Source of the DNA: Callorhinchus milii
Taxonomy: Eukaryota
Direction of reading: 5' to 3'
Assembly (NCBI RefSeq): GCF_018977255.1
Contig: NW_024704742.1
Span: 101,496,001-101,560,000 of the forward strand
DNA length: 64,000 nucleotides
Shown here piece by piece: positions 1-12,400 of this stretch (its first letter is position 1; each line of letters opens with the position of its first letter). The notes under the pieces were generated by a model that searched no databases, was not told the origin of the DNA, and saw only the letters and a list, made by a program, of their open reading frames with translations. A program made the position numbers and the translations under genes.

Positions 1-159
1 AGATGGAGGACAGGACAGGTCAGGGACTAGATATGGGGAAGTTCGATCAATTGGGGATCAAACCTGAGGCCCATTGCGATGCTTCAGCATATTAAAACCA
101 GACTACTAAGAGATTTTGATTGCAGGGAAAATATCTGGAAGAATAGCATTGCTGATGAT

Positions 160-910
160 ACCAGAATGATACCATGGCTTAAAGGGCTCAATTATGAGGA
201 CAGGTTGCATAAACTTGGCCTGTATTTTCTTGAGTTTAGGAGGTTGACGGGTGATCTGACTAACATGTTTAAAATAATAAAGGGATTCGATAGGGTGGAT
301 ACAGAGAAACTGTTTCTTCCGATGGGGGAATCCAGAACAAGGGTCATAATCTTAAAATTAGAGCTAAACCATTTAGGAATAATAATAATAATAATAATCC
401 TTGCATTTGATATAGCGCTTTTCACTTCTTCTAGACGTCCCAAAGCGCTTCACAGAATATACTGTAAAGTGAATTGACTGTATATTTGTGGGCGATCGCG
501 GCAGCCAATTGCGCACAGCAGTGTCCCACAAACAGTCGTGGATTGAAAATGACCAATGTATTATTGTTTTTTTTTGGAGGGATTATTATTAGGCGTGTGG
601 AGTAAGGAAACTTGCCTAAGGTTTCACCCTGTCTGGAATTGAACTCAGGTCTCTCGCTTGCAAAGAAATCAGGAGGCAGTTTATCACCCAAAGGGTAGTG
701 GAAATCTGGAATTCTCTCCCCCAAAAGGCTGTGGATGCTGGATCCATTCACATCTTCAAGACTGAGGTGGATAGATATTTGTTAGGTCAGGGTATCAAGG
801 GATATGGGGCAAGGACAGGCAATTGGAATTGAGGTACAAATCAGCCATGATCTAATAGAATGACAGAGCAGGCTCAAAAAGCTGAATGGCCTACTCCTGT
901 TCCTATGTTC
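160..910 (+). mobile_element. CR1 LINE 3' fragment (ORF2 C-terminus plus 3' UTR), interrupted by a SINE at 378-665
   Basis: Translates to TRMIPWLKGLNYEDRLHKLGLYFLEFRRLTGDL...GFDRVDTEKLF, a typical CR1 ORF2 C-terminus. Resumes after 665 (RVVEIWNSLPQKAVDA) and ends in ...gaatggcctactcctgttcctatgttc. Confidence 0.92.
378..665 (-). mobile_element. tRNA-derived SINE, short variant, 5'-truncated
   Basis: Reverse complement of 36660-36986 with the (ATT)n tail at the left; lacks the A-box part of the head. Confidence 0.93.
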
Positions 911-1009
911 ATACGCTTTTGTTTGCCTTTCGGTAAAAGTATGTAAATTTATCTTCCAACAACTTGATTTGAAGTTTCAGCTACTGTGCCCTTAATCTCT
1001 GGAAATCCT

Positions 1010-1185
1010 TCCTTCTACCCTTCCATCTCATTCTCTATCTATATTTAAATCCTGCCTAAAAACCTACCTCTTTGACTGCACGTATTCCCCTCCTTCCTCA
1101 CTTGGCACTAACTCTGTCTTTAGTGAATTACTTTGAGATATTATCCTACACAAAAGACACAATATAAATGCAAATTGTTTTTGTT
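1010..1185 (+). mobile_element. Old L2 LINE 3' remnant
   Basis: aaatcctgcctaaaaacctacctctttgac (KxxLKTYLFD motif) followed by a tataaatgcaaattgtt tail. Confidence 0.6.
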
Positions 1186-3848
1186 TATTCTAGTTTCATT
1201 TCTTTCTTTACCATGGGCACCATCGTGTTCTTCCTCCCCTTAGTGAGCAATTATCTGCTATGTTTCTCAGAAGCCTAGCCTCTCCAGGGAATAAATCTAG
1301 TTCATGTAACTGAAGTGGCAGATTCTAATTTACTTGATATAAGTGGCACATCACTGGGTAATGGTCTCTTTGCTGGAACTGCGATCAACACATTTCTTAT
1401 CAGACTTAACAACTAAGGAAGACAATCTATATTTCCTCTAGACTGGCTCATACAGTATCCTAGCTCTCAGAGATGAAGAAACCACGTCTGATTCTTAACA
1501 GAGTTTCCAAATGATGAATCTTGACCTGAAATAGACAATAAATTAATATTCTTTTTCTCCTTGCCTCCCTCTCCCTCGAATCCTGCACCCAATGCATGTT
1601 TGTGTGCACACGGAATTTAAGCCACAAACATTGTCATCATTAAAACTTTTTGTCTTTCTGTCATTCTCTACTCCCTTTCCCTCCCTAAAGAATCCTTTAA
1701 CTGAAAACAATCAAATATGATTTTTTAAAAATGGTGTGTCTCCAGATAATTGAAATGTAAGCTCTCGGTTGTTCATAACTTGGGGGGAAGTTATTTCACT
1801 GTGCTTTTGATGTAGGATAATATTGCCCAGATGACTTTGCATTGCTGTGAAAGAAAACAAGATTGATTCAATGTACACATTGTAAAATATGTTTGGTACA
1901 AGTTTATTGCTTTCTTTCATGAAATCAGTGTGTGTAATTCAAAGGTAAAGTGCTGTATTCTACCTCTGGAAAACAGAATTGAATTCCCTTTTAGAGATGA
2001 GAACTAAAGATCACACTTCACACTGAAAAGGTCAATGTGATAAATTCAGGTCAAACATCTTTCACTTCCAGTGGAAAAAGACTCCAGTTAAAAAATAATG
2101 TTGAAATTTATACAGTGCTTTCTGCAGAATGGAATCCTAATGTAGAATCTGAAGCAGGTTGGGTCAGATTTTATTCATAACTAGATTTTCATTGCAACAC
2201 AAATAAATAACAATACAGAATAAGTTGGCAGCAATTGCTTTTCATGACAATATGCTTTGAGTGAACATTGAATATATATTATTTTGGCTTTAGGAGGAAT
2301 GAAATATAAGCTGCTGAACCCAAATCATAGAAAAAAATCCTAGAACATTTACAGCAAGAGTTTTTTTGAGTCAATGTGGCCCTAAATTTAGCCTGAGCCT
2401 CAATCTATAAGACTGTATTATAAAATCTTGATTTTGATATTCACATTGGAAGTTTCACAAGTTATATGTTTTATTTTAATAGGTAAGATCGCAGAGAATT
2501 GTAGAAATCTCTTAAAAGAATTTTCCACTATTCTACACAATATAAATTTTAAGAATAAGTAGCCTTATACCTGGTGAAATTTTTAGCCTTGTATGTATCT
2601 TGGTGTGAGCTCCCCCAACAATGGATTAGAGTGGAGCCATCTACTCTAATTCCATTCATTCTTTTGTTCTTTCCCCATTCCCTTTAATGGTATTTTCTGC
2701 AAATTAATTTGACCAATAAATGCTGTTATGGACTTGGCTTCAAGTTATTTGTGGTGAGATGTATTTTATCAAATCTGTGTATGAAAACAAATCTTCTAAT
2801 CTCCCTTTTTGTCCTATAGTGATTGTCTTCAGTTGGTATCCTAAGGATTTTTGTAGCATTGTCACTTGAACAGGTTGGTCAACTTCATCATAACATAGTT
2901 ATCTAATATAGTAATTTGATGATGAAACCAAGACTAAAGGAATGTATCTATCTTTACATGTTGGATAGTCATCTGAGTCTGTCAGAAAACTAGTCAAGCT
3001 GAAGTCCCAGCTTCAATCAAATCTTCCCTTTTGCTTTCTCTGTTTGAATCTGAATTTTAATAATGTAAATTCAAGCCGTCAGAATCTAACTGTGATCTTG
3101 CTTCACTTAGTTAATTCCTTAGTGTATTGAAAATCTCAGTTGCTTCTGGTCTCATTGTACCACATGTCATCCAAGGGTGGCAGAGAGAAGAATCTGCTGC
3201 AAGGTATCTTTCAATGTCATCTTTAGCACTTAGTATTTAAAGAGATTGGTAATGTGTACGTTATTGATCAATTAGGAATTCCCCATTGCCAATTGCAGCT
3301 GCAGAATAGAAAAGATCTTGAAGACAACAATCAAGGAACGTTAACTGGGCTGTTAAGAAACTGAAATGTTTGGACAAATTGCTAACAGTAGCAATCTTTT
3401 CATCATATCTTAAAATGGGAAATACTGCTATTCCATTGCGAACTACACTTTAATTGAAACTTGCAGTCCTGTAAGGTGAGCTGAAATGATTTGTTAGATT
3501 CCTTGCAGAGAGCTTTTTCGTAGTTTCTGGTCAATAACATTGAGCTTGTCCCTCTTTATTGTCTGGCAAACTATATCAAGATATAGTTTATAGGTTGAGT
3601 AACCTTTTTCACTCTATGCGCAACAATTAAGTTTTCTTCCCCTAGTCAATGCTGTGTTTGCTGACCCAGGATAGCTCTTGAGGTGGTGCAATTTGCTTCA
3701 GTGACATTGGGAGGCCTTCTAATGATTATTATCCAGAGACTCAGCTTGTGTGGATTCCCTGGTCAGAACAGGATTCGACTGGACTTTAATGCTCCATCTG
3801 TGAATAATCTGCTGACACTGTTCAATTTGCATGATCGCATAATCAAAA

Positions 3849-4216
3849 TGTCTCAAGATGCTTCACAGGATTTCCTGTAAAGTGTAGTGACTGTGTATTT
3901 GTAGACTAACGAGGCAGCCAATTTGTACACAGCAATGTCCCACAAACAGCCATTCGAAGATTGTTGGCCAGAACACTGGCAGAAATCCCCTTCTCTTTTC
4001 AAAATAGTGCCATGGAATCTATAATGTCACCCTGAACGGGCAGACAAGACCTGGATTTAACATCTGATCCAAAGGTCAGTACCTCTGATAATGCAGCACT
4101 CCACATTGGATTGGGATGTCAGCATAGATCATGAGCTTGGAGTCCCAATATGAGGCTTAAACCCACATTTTCAGACTCTTAGGTGAGAATGCCACTGACT
4201 GAGCTAGGCTGACACC
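3849..4216 (-). mobile_element. Older Deu-domain SINE (SacSINE1/AmnSINE-like)
   Basis: Degenerate tRNA-like head at the right (ggtgtcagcctagctcagtc on minus), Deu-type body (cagatgttaaa...ccatggcactattttgaa) and a 3' part shared with the young SINE; homologous to 17800-18395 and 43260-43765. Confidence 0.8.
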
Positions 4217-4484
4217 TAAAAATAGCAGGAACAGGAGAAAAAGCAGTAACAGATTTCGAACTGTTCTACTCACACTGATAGGCTTACAATGATGAATGTA
4301 ATAATTGTGTTGCCATGGGAAGGTACTGACAGATTATGATGGTACTCCTTATATATTTGACTTATTTTAGATACTTGTTTTATTTAAAATTGATTTTAGC
4401 AAATATTAATTTCTATTTTGTATTGATGTTGAATGTAACATATTGTCATGGTTACCCTAGTCTTGTAGTCTTTTGTAATATGTA

Positions 4485-4697
4485 AATAATAATAATAATG
4501 CTTGCATTTGATATAGCACCTTATCACGTCTTCAAGATGTCTCAAAGCACTTCACAGAATATACTGTAAAGTGTAGTGATTATTTTGTGGGCAAAACGCT
4601 GCAGCCAATTGCACACAGCAGTGTCCCACAAACAGTCGTGGATTGAGTGACCAAATTTCTATTATGTTTTTATTTATTTTTCTTTGAAGGGATAATC
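4485..4697 (-). mobile_element. SINE 3' half
   Basis: Matches the 3' half of 36660-36986, with (ATT)n tail. Confidence 0.88.
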
Positions 4698-4764
4698 CCA
4701 CTGAGTACATTTATTTCCCTGAATTTGTGAAGCTGCATACAATTGTGTATAAACTAATCAAGTA

Positions 4765-5312
4765 TGTATAATATTATTTAAGGGAAATGGGGAAGCCTGC
4801 CCCTTTAAATGGGTTCTGTAGGATTCCAAGTTGCAGAAACTGCTTGCAGCACAGTTAGCAAGTGGCATATACGAGTTGCAGCAAAATATAGGTTCAGGGC
4901 TGCTTGATTAACAGTCAGCTAACAAACACTAATAAGCAGCCTTCAGAGTAAAATAACACGTGGGTGATAATGCGGGGAAAAACCCTCGCATTCGCATCAA
5001 ACGAATGGTGGGAGCCACACGCCTATATAAAGCAATGTTCAGCGCTCCTTGTGGTCACTAACTGGTCATCATCTGGTACGTACTGACATGTGCAGGACTA
5101 CTGTACAGTCAGAGAAGGTTCAATATTTATTTACTAATGTAATATTGTGCTGACAGTTGTTATAGTTATGTGTGATTGTTATATTTGCTCGCATTGTTGT
5201 ATATCTTAAATTGTTGTGTTCCTTATATGCAAAGTCGCCTAGGGTTGCTAAGTTTTAATAAAGAGTTGTTATTTTTACCGAATATATTCTCGAGTCTGTA
5301 GTGTTCTAGACA
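4765..5312 (+). mobile_element. Possible solo LTR
   Basis: TATATAAA 5024-5031, AATAAA 5257-5262 and a candidate ...GACA end at 5312. No TSD identified, so the boundaries are uncertain. Confidence 0.4.
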
Positions 5313-5659
5313 AGAAAAGGAGTAAGCACTTTGGAATGTAGTTGTCAACATCAGAGGTCTACTAGTGTGAGCAGACTTTGATTAGATATTCCAGTTACCG
5401 GGCATTGGGGTTAACTGGGATTACCTGTCTGTGTGTGACTCTGATTTGGTTGAGTCATCTGTAAAATAGGGACTCACACCAACAGAGTTAGGGGAGAAGC
5501 AGAGGCCACTTAGTATGAAAGCATTAGTAAAGTCCCACGTACATCAAGGGTTGAGAACCGTTGCAATATGAAATGAAGAATGAATTCAGCCTGTGCATCT
5601 CCAACAAGTATTCCAGTGCGAAGATACAATACAATTCTCCCAGTTCAGAATTGTGCTTG

Positions 5660-5970
5660 GCCACTGTCAAGCACTCTGGGACACTACCCTGAGTGAGGGG
5701 CGCTATGTAAATCCAAGTTGTTGTTACGATATATTTCACAACAGATTTACATTTATATAGCGGCTTTACGTTGGGAGGACATCTCAAAGCACTTCACATT
5801 GCTGAATGAGCACCTCAAGCTTGGAGAGGGCTGGTTAATGGTAAGATGACTAAAAGCATGATCGAAGCCGTACGTTTTGAGATGTGACTTGAAAGAGTAG
5901 AGGGAGGGGGAAAGTAGAGGGACTCGGGAATGGAAGTCCAGAGAGTGGGTGCAGAATGGCTGAGGATGAC
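5660..5970. mobile_element. Two L2 3' fragments tail-to-tail (5660-5726 +; 5737-5970 -)
   Basis: L2 terminal stem-loop and (GTT)n tails; the minus piece encodes FKSHLKTYGFDHAF. Confidence 0.8.
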
Positions 5971-6626
5971 AAAGAGTGTGCCTGAGAATTGTGCAAAATG
6001 GTGATGTACAGAGACATGTTTCTAAAAAGAATGAAATGCTAATGAATAACTGACAATTCTTGCAATGACAAGTGAGCAAGCAGTGACTCCCAGTGCTGAC
6101 AGCTGACAGGCAGTTTTCTAGCACAATTTAGGCACTGACAACAGTTTCCATTTCAGCAACCAGTCCTAGGCGCTTATACCCTCAAGCTGATAAAGATCAG
6201 TGAGTTGGCCAAATGGAATATTTTTGTATGTACCAAGTAGGAATTGAAATGTCTAGCTGTTTTCTTGCATGCGGATGGATGAGAGGCTCAATGAACAATT
6301 TATGGGATAAAAATCTAAAGGCCTTTAGATTTTTCTTTCTCTGACAGAAACACATGGTTCACCTAAGTAACAGATTTGCTGGGAGGAACTGAAGATAAAA
6401 TCTACACTTCCATTTAATCAGATAACAGGCAAAAGAGTCACAGGACTCGTCTGAAAATACACTTATTTTGCCTTTATGATCACTGTCTTACAATTTAAGA
6501 TTGGAAAATTCTTACATTCAGTCTCAATTTTGAAGCCATTTTACTGCAGCAATTATAAAGACCTGGAGTGAATCATAATTAGACTGTATTTGAGAATCTT
6601 CCAAAGGTTTGCACAATCATAAAATG

Positions 6627-6810
6627 ATTATTATTATTATCCTTGCATTTGATATAGCGCTTTTTATGTCTTCTGGACGTCTCAAAGCGCTTCACAGAAT
6701 ATATTGTAAAGTGAATTGACTATATATTTGTGGGCGAAACGCAGCAGCGAATTGCGCACAGCAGTGTCCCACAAACAGTCATGGATTGAAGTGGCCATTT
6801 TATTATTTTT
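6627..6810 (-). mobile_element. SINE 3' half
   Basis: Matches the 3' half of the young SINE. Confidence 0.88.
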
Positions 6811-7211
6811 TATCTACCCTATTATCTAAAAAAAAATCATCATTTCTTTAAAACTAAGTAGAGATTGTAATGGTATCACGACTTTTTGGTACCCTTGTAT
6901 ATTGAGAACTACAATCACCAAGAATAATCTTTACAAAAAAGATGATGAATTTCAAACCGATTCTCCACAAGACTGTTAGACTCATGGTTAACTGCCCGTT
7001 GAGCATTTCTGTCCAGTGCATTCAAGGTCACTACAGAACTTCAGGTATTAATCCAAAAACTGGACAGGTTTGCAAGGCTCAGGCTTCCATTACAATAGAA
7101 ACTGTATATTTTATACAAGTGAGCTGGATTATTTAGGTGAACCATGTGCTTCTGTCAAACAATCTACACTCGAGCCACTCCCTATGGCAAGCATCTCCTA
7201 TTTGCCACATA

Positions 7212-7593
7212 GGAGTCTTGTAGCTCAGTGGTTAGAGGGTTCGTCTCACAAGCAAGAGACCTGGGTTCCATTCCCGGGTCAGGGTGTAACCTTAGGCAAG
7301 TTTCCTTACTCCACACACCTCTGTTTACCCAGCAGTAAGTATGAATCCGGTTGTTAAATGGTTGGCGGATCATTCTTGTGGAGGCAATAATTCATTCAAG
7401 GAAAATGTAATCGGTTACTTCAATCCACGACTGTTGGTGTGACACTGCTCTTAGCAATTGGCTGCTATCTTTCGCCCACAAAATATACAGTCAATTCACT
7501 TTACAGTATATTCTGTGAAGCGCCTTGAGATGTCTCAAAGATGTGTTTTAAGGCGCCACATCAAATGCAAGGATTATAATTATTATTATTATT
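7212..7593 (+). mobile_element. Full-length tRNA-derived SINE, long variant
   Basis: A box TAGCTCAGTGG, B box GGGTTCCATTCC, CORE-like segment, shared 3' stem-loop and (ATT)n tail. Confidence 0.92.
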
Positions 7594-8094
7594 TGCAAAA
7601 AAATGTTGTTTCCTTCTTTTGGCTTTCTCCTTCTGTTAGGAATATCTGAATCGGGGAAACCAGAGATAAAATTTGAAATGAATCATTTACCGTAATGTCT
7701 GCCAGGGTCACACTATAACACGTGAGCAAGAAAGGAACAGGTTCTCTTACTACCAGTTCTCTCTGAATGCTGCCTTCTATATTTAGAAAGAACTGGTAGG
7801 AAATATACGAAATATCACCCACAAAATATACAGTGAATTCACTTTATAGTATATTATGTGAAGCTCTTTAAGAAATCTCAAAAATGTGATAAGGCATGAT
7901 ATCAAATGGAAGGATTATTATTATGCATGCTATATACTGTGGTGTGCTAAGGATGGTCCATTGCCTTGATGAATCATGCCAGATGAGTTCATAACCGTCT
8001 GTAGCTAGAATTTAAGCTCAGTCTCTCCTTGGTACCTTTATACTCTTTTCCAATTCCAACAATTCATCTCGTATAACTTATACAGGCTATATGA

Positions 8095-8220
8095 AGATAG
8101 GGGTAAAAGGAGTATGAGAATGAGGCAGAGCGATGGGATTGAATGAACACCTTGCTCTGAGATCTTCTGCTGACTTGATGGATCAAATGGCCTTGTTCTG
8201 TGCTAAATTTCCATAATTCT
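8095..8220 (+). mobile_element. Old CR1 3' end
   Basis: Degenerate ...gatggatcaaatggccttgttctgtgct CR1-type terminus. Confidence 0.55.
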
Positions 8221-9989
8221 AGGGATGTATTCAAGATAAACCTCTTACACACCAGGATTTGTACTTGATAAATAATTCAAACCTTAATTGGGGTGACATG
8301 TTACAGATAATGAGGCATAGCAGCAACAGGGTCTTACAGGAGGAGTAATGACTGGGTAAATTACACCATTGATATGCTGTAGTAGTTGGATCCTAGTGTT
8401 CAATAGATAAAGGGAGACTGCAGTAGCTTATTCATCTATCACTAGACATGGTATATGTCATGAGTCTTGTAAAATATGCTCTCCAAAAATGGATGCAGGA
8501 AGCGTTACGTCAAGTAATGGCAGAATGCAAAAGATATATTTTATACAAGTGACCTGGATTATTTAACATGCAAGTGATCTGAAAGCATATGGATTTAATG
8601 AAGCATTTTGGTAGCTAATCTCTATTTGATCTACTTTAATTAAACATTTTGTACAATTTTGTCATCAAAATTTGTTTTCTGGCACATTTTGTTCTGTGAT
8701 CTCTAGCTTAAAAATGACACATTTGAAATGGAATTATAAAATGCCTTATGAAATGGAAATGTGACTGAGGGGAAAGACTTGGATGAGCATTCAGGGGGAG
8801 TCTCTTAAGTCGTTTAATGAGGTGATCTCATGGCAAAATAAAAATTGCAAAAAAAGCAGCTTGAGTGTGATTCAGAAAGCAATGCACTTTATAGACAAAC
8901 TATTCTTTCAAATTATTTAAAATATAGATTCAGTTACTTCTCCAAAAGTATTTGCTTCTGAAATAATTAATTGCCACTTGAGAAACATTTTATAATCATT
9001 TATTTTATAAATGATATTCCTTTGACAGATATTTTTGATTGCCATCCAGGCTCAGATATTAATAAGTCTGTAATGTGATAGTTTCCACAATTTGTCTTTA
9101 GGTGTGAACTCCCCCTTCCCCTCACCATGCAAATGCAAATTGAGTACTGCATTCGCCGACAAAAAATGTCATTATACTTTACAATAAATCCTGTGAAGCG
9201 CTGTGAGATGTCCTCCTGATGCGAAGGGCATTATTTTATTTTCAATAATTGAATGAGTATGAATTGTACATAACCCTGGCATTAGAGATTAACTCCAGTC
9301 TAGAAGGAATCAGGATTGCAATAGGCAACTCAAATCCCATCAAAGTGTTTCTTATGCTACAGCATAGAAACAGTGACACTTTACTTCTCATGTATCTGCT
9401 AGTTCCACAGGTGATGTTGCTAATTATAGGTTTGCACAACAGCTTGTGATTTGTCATTAAATGGGACTTTTGATACAGGAACACTCCAATGACAAAGACC
9501 TAGGACATGACAAGAGACGCAAGTTGCTTTCGTAATTGTTCGCCTGGAATAAATCATCAGTGTAGCTTGTTATTTGAGGTCTAATCACAGTGTTTGGGGA
9601 ACATTGAGAATGGAGAATGTGTTAATGAATAACTTACACAAGTGTAATTTGAGCATGCTCCCCACCCCCCACCCCACCCTCAGCAGACAGTCATCATGTT
9701 TGATTATGATTGTACCATGTAAAATAAACTTACGTCTTCTAGTGATTTAATGAAGTGTAATTAAAACCAGCTTTTGTAGACACTCGAATATTATTTCTAA
9801 TATCAAGAAATGTGTCGTGGGTTAACTCCCGATCATCATAAATTATAGTTGAAAATAAGTACTTGAATATCATAAATCACAAAAGCATTATAAGATTGTC
9901 TTATGTGAGATAGTTTATTAGCAGTGCTCAGTCGGTCAAACACTGTACTTCCCCATGTTTACACTGTGATTTACACTCATGTACAAATC

Positions 9990-10346
9990 ATTTCCTGCCC
10001 TGGAGTCTCCCTACTTCTCCGACCTGTTTACTCCCCACGCGACTACCTGCAAACTTTGCTCAGCTGGCTCCGACCTCCTGCGTCCCTCGTCCCCTCCATT
10101 GTACCATTGGAAGCCATGCTTTCAGCCACTTCATACCGAAACTCTGGAACTTTCTGCCTAAATCCCTCTGCCTTGCCCCTTCCTTTCCCATCTTCAAATC
10201 ATACCTGAAGGCCTTCCTCTTCAATCATCCTTATAGTCACCTCCCCCTCTTCCCGGCTCGGCAACAAGCTCCGCCAATATTAAGCGCTCCAAGATGCTAC
10301 CCTGCTTGAAGGGCACTATGTATAAATGAAAATTCTTGTTGTTGTT
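9990..10346 (+). mobile_element. L2 family-2 3' fragment
   Basis: PYFSDL motif, gctttcagccact, and a tail ending in (GTT)n; homologous to 63455-63901. Confidence 0.85.
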
Positions 10347-10399
10347 TGAATGGTTTAGCCTCAGACACACAAGTAATTGCTGCACCTCTGGCGCACATT

Positions 10400-10700
10400 C
10401 ATGCTAATTGGACTCTCTAGCTTCCTAAAAAGTTGCAGACCATCAGAACTCTGCAGCCCATGTCCTCCTCCGACCAGACTCCACCACACACATCCTCTCT
10501 CTTTTGACTCACCAACCCCAGCAGATCAGTTTCAAGATTCTTGTCCTCACATTCAAATCCCTCCACGGCCTCTCCCCACTATTTCTATGACCTACTGCAA
10601 CACTACTTCTCCAGCCACTCCCTCCATTGAACAAACACCGAACTGCTGACCTGGCCCTCTCCACGTACCAGTCAGCGAGTCTTCAATCATTCTGCTCTCA
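10400..10700 (+). mobile_element. Degenerate L2 ORF2 C-terminal fragment
   Basis: KLQTIxNSAA-like and FKILVLTFKSLHGL motifs (ttcaagattcttgtcctcacattcaaatccctccacggcct). Confidence 0.75.
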
Positions 10701-10819
10701 ATCAATGAAACGAGAGGAGAGGTTTTACGTGGCAACAGAGTCCAGTGAATTGTGTCCAAATGGCGGTGACGAGTCTGGTGAGGAGGTACTTTTCGAGTCA
10801 GTGGCCATTTCTCAGAGGT

Positions 10820-11110
10820 GGCAACGACTGTTTGTGGGACTTGACTGTGCACCAATTGGCTGATGTGTTCATCCACAAAACATACAATCATTACACTTTA
10901 CAGTATATGCTGTGAAATATCCTTTGGGATGTCCTTCAGATGCGAAAGGCGCTATGTCACATACCTGTATTATAATAATAATAATAATAGTAATCCTTGC
11001 ATTTGATATAGTGTTTGAGATTTCTCAAAGCGATTCACAGAATATACTGTAAAGTGAATTGACTGTATATTTTGTGGGCGAAACGCGGCAGCCAATTGCA
11101 CACAGCAGTG
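10820..11110. mobile_element. Two SINE 3' halves tail-to-tail (10820-10970 +; 10972-11110 -)
   Basis: Both match the SINE 3' half and converge on a shared (AAT)n tract. Confidence 0.8.
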
Positions 11111-12049
11111 TGCAAGGATTTTGATTGCTATTTTATACTTTAACAACTGTTATTTTTTGTTTCTAGTATTTGAGGTGTAAAAATCTACTTGTTTACCTAA
11201 ATCTGAACAAATTAATACCCATACCGTGCCTTCAACTCTATCTCGTTAAGACATTGAAAGAGCATAACAGTTTAATATTATGATAATAAACCTTTGGCAG
11301 ATTTAGTAGCAGAATAATTAAAGTATGCTACAGTGAAAGCTATGATGTGTCAAGTCATATATGTCTTCATGATAATTAACACATTGAATACTGTAAGATA
11401 AACAAGAGTAAAGCAACGCATATTCCAATAATCAATATAATTTGTCATCTCAAAGAGGAAGTGGCAGCAATGAACCAGCATTTACATTAACTCTTCTCGA
11501 CATTATTCAGACAAGGGAGCTGATCTGTGACGCATCAAGGATTAATCTACTAAGGAAAGGTTCCACCAACTTTCTTCTTGTCCTTTGAAATATAAATTGA
11601 TAAAACTTCCAGAACGTTTGCCTAATCTTGCATCTTGCATTTTTTCATTGAAAGTTTTCCATGTCACGCATTTGTGTGTGGAGATACTTTCATATGCCAG
11701 CCTAAGGAAGCCGCTGCACCTCGGCCACAGGCCCATTGGATGATATCAACACTGCTTGTAAGATGGTCTTCAGCTGACTCCATAGAGGTCTCAATGCCAA
11801 ATATCAGATTGCGGCCAAGAGGAAGACTGTTGGAGTGATGCCAGAAACACATCATTCCGATGAGAGAAACAAATCTTCTGTGATAACTGGGCTCCATAAT
11901 TTTGCGTTGTACTATGACCCTGTTCAGTTAGTTGGTTGGGGGAATGTTTCACCATGACCACTGGTGTACTTGTTAGCTTGGTAGGTTCCAATGCCCAGAA
12001 ATCAAATTACTTGATGAAAAATATGTTGCTTTTTATTGTGTCAAACTCT

Positions 12050-12400
12050 GCCACTGGTAAGCGGTGTGGGACACTACCTCACGGGAAGGGCGCTATATCA
12101 ATGCAAGTTGTTGTTATTGTATTCAAATAATGCAAAGAATGAAAGAACTTGCATTTTTATAATGCCTTATCACATCAAAACGCTTCACATGTACTTACTA
12201 TCAAGTGTAGTGACTGTGTTTATGTCAGCAAACCCTGCAGCTATTTTTGCCAAGAAGGTCCCAGAAAAAATTCCTTTCTCTTTTTAAATAGTGCCAACAG
12301 TATTCTAGTAATAATCCTTGCATTTCATATAGGGCTTTATCATGCCGCTGAGATGACTTAAAGCGCCTCATAGGATTTAATGTGAACTGTGTATTTATAG
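12050..12400. mobile_element. L2 tail (12050-12120 +) and two old SINE 3' fragments (12140-12300 -, 12305-12400 -)
   Basis: Shared terminal stem-loop motifs. Confidence 0.65.
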
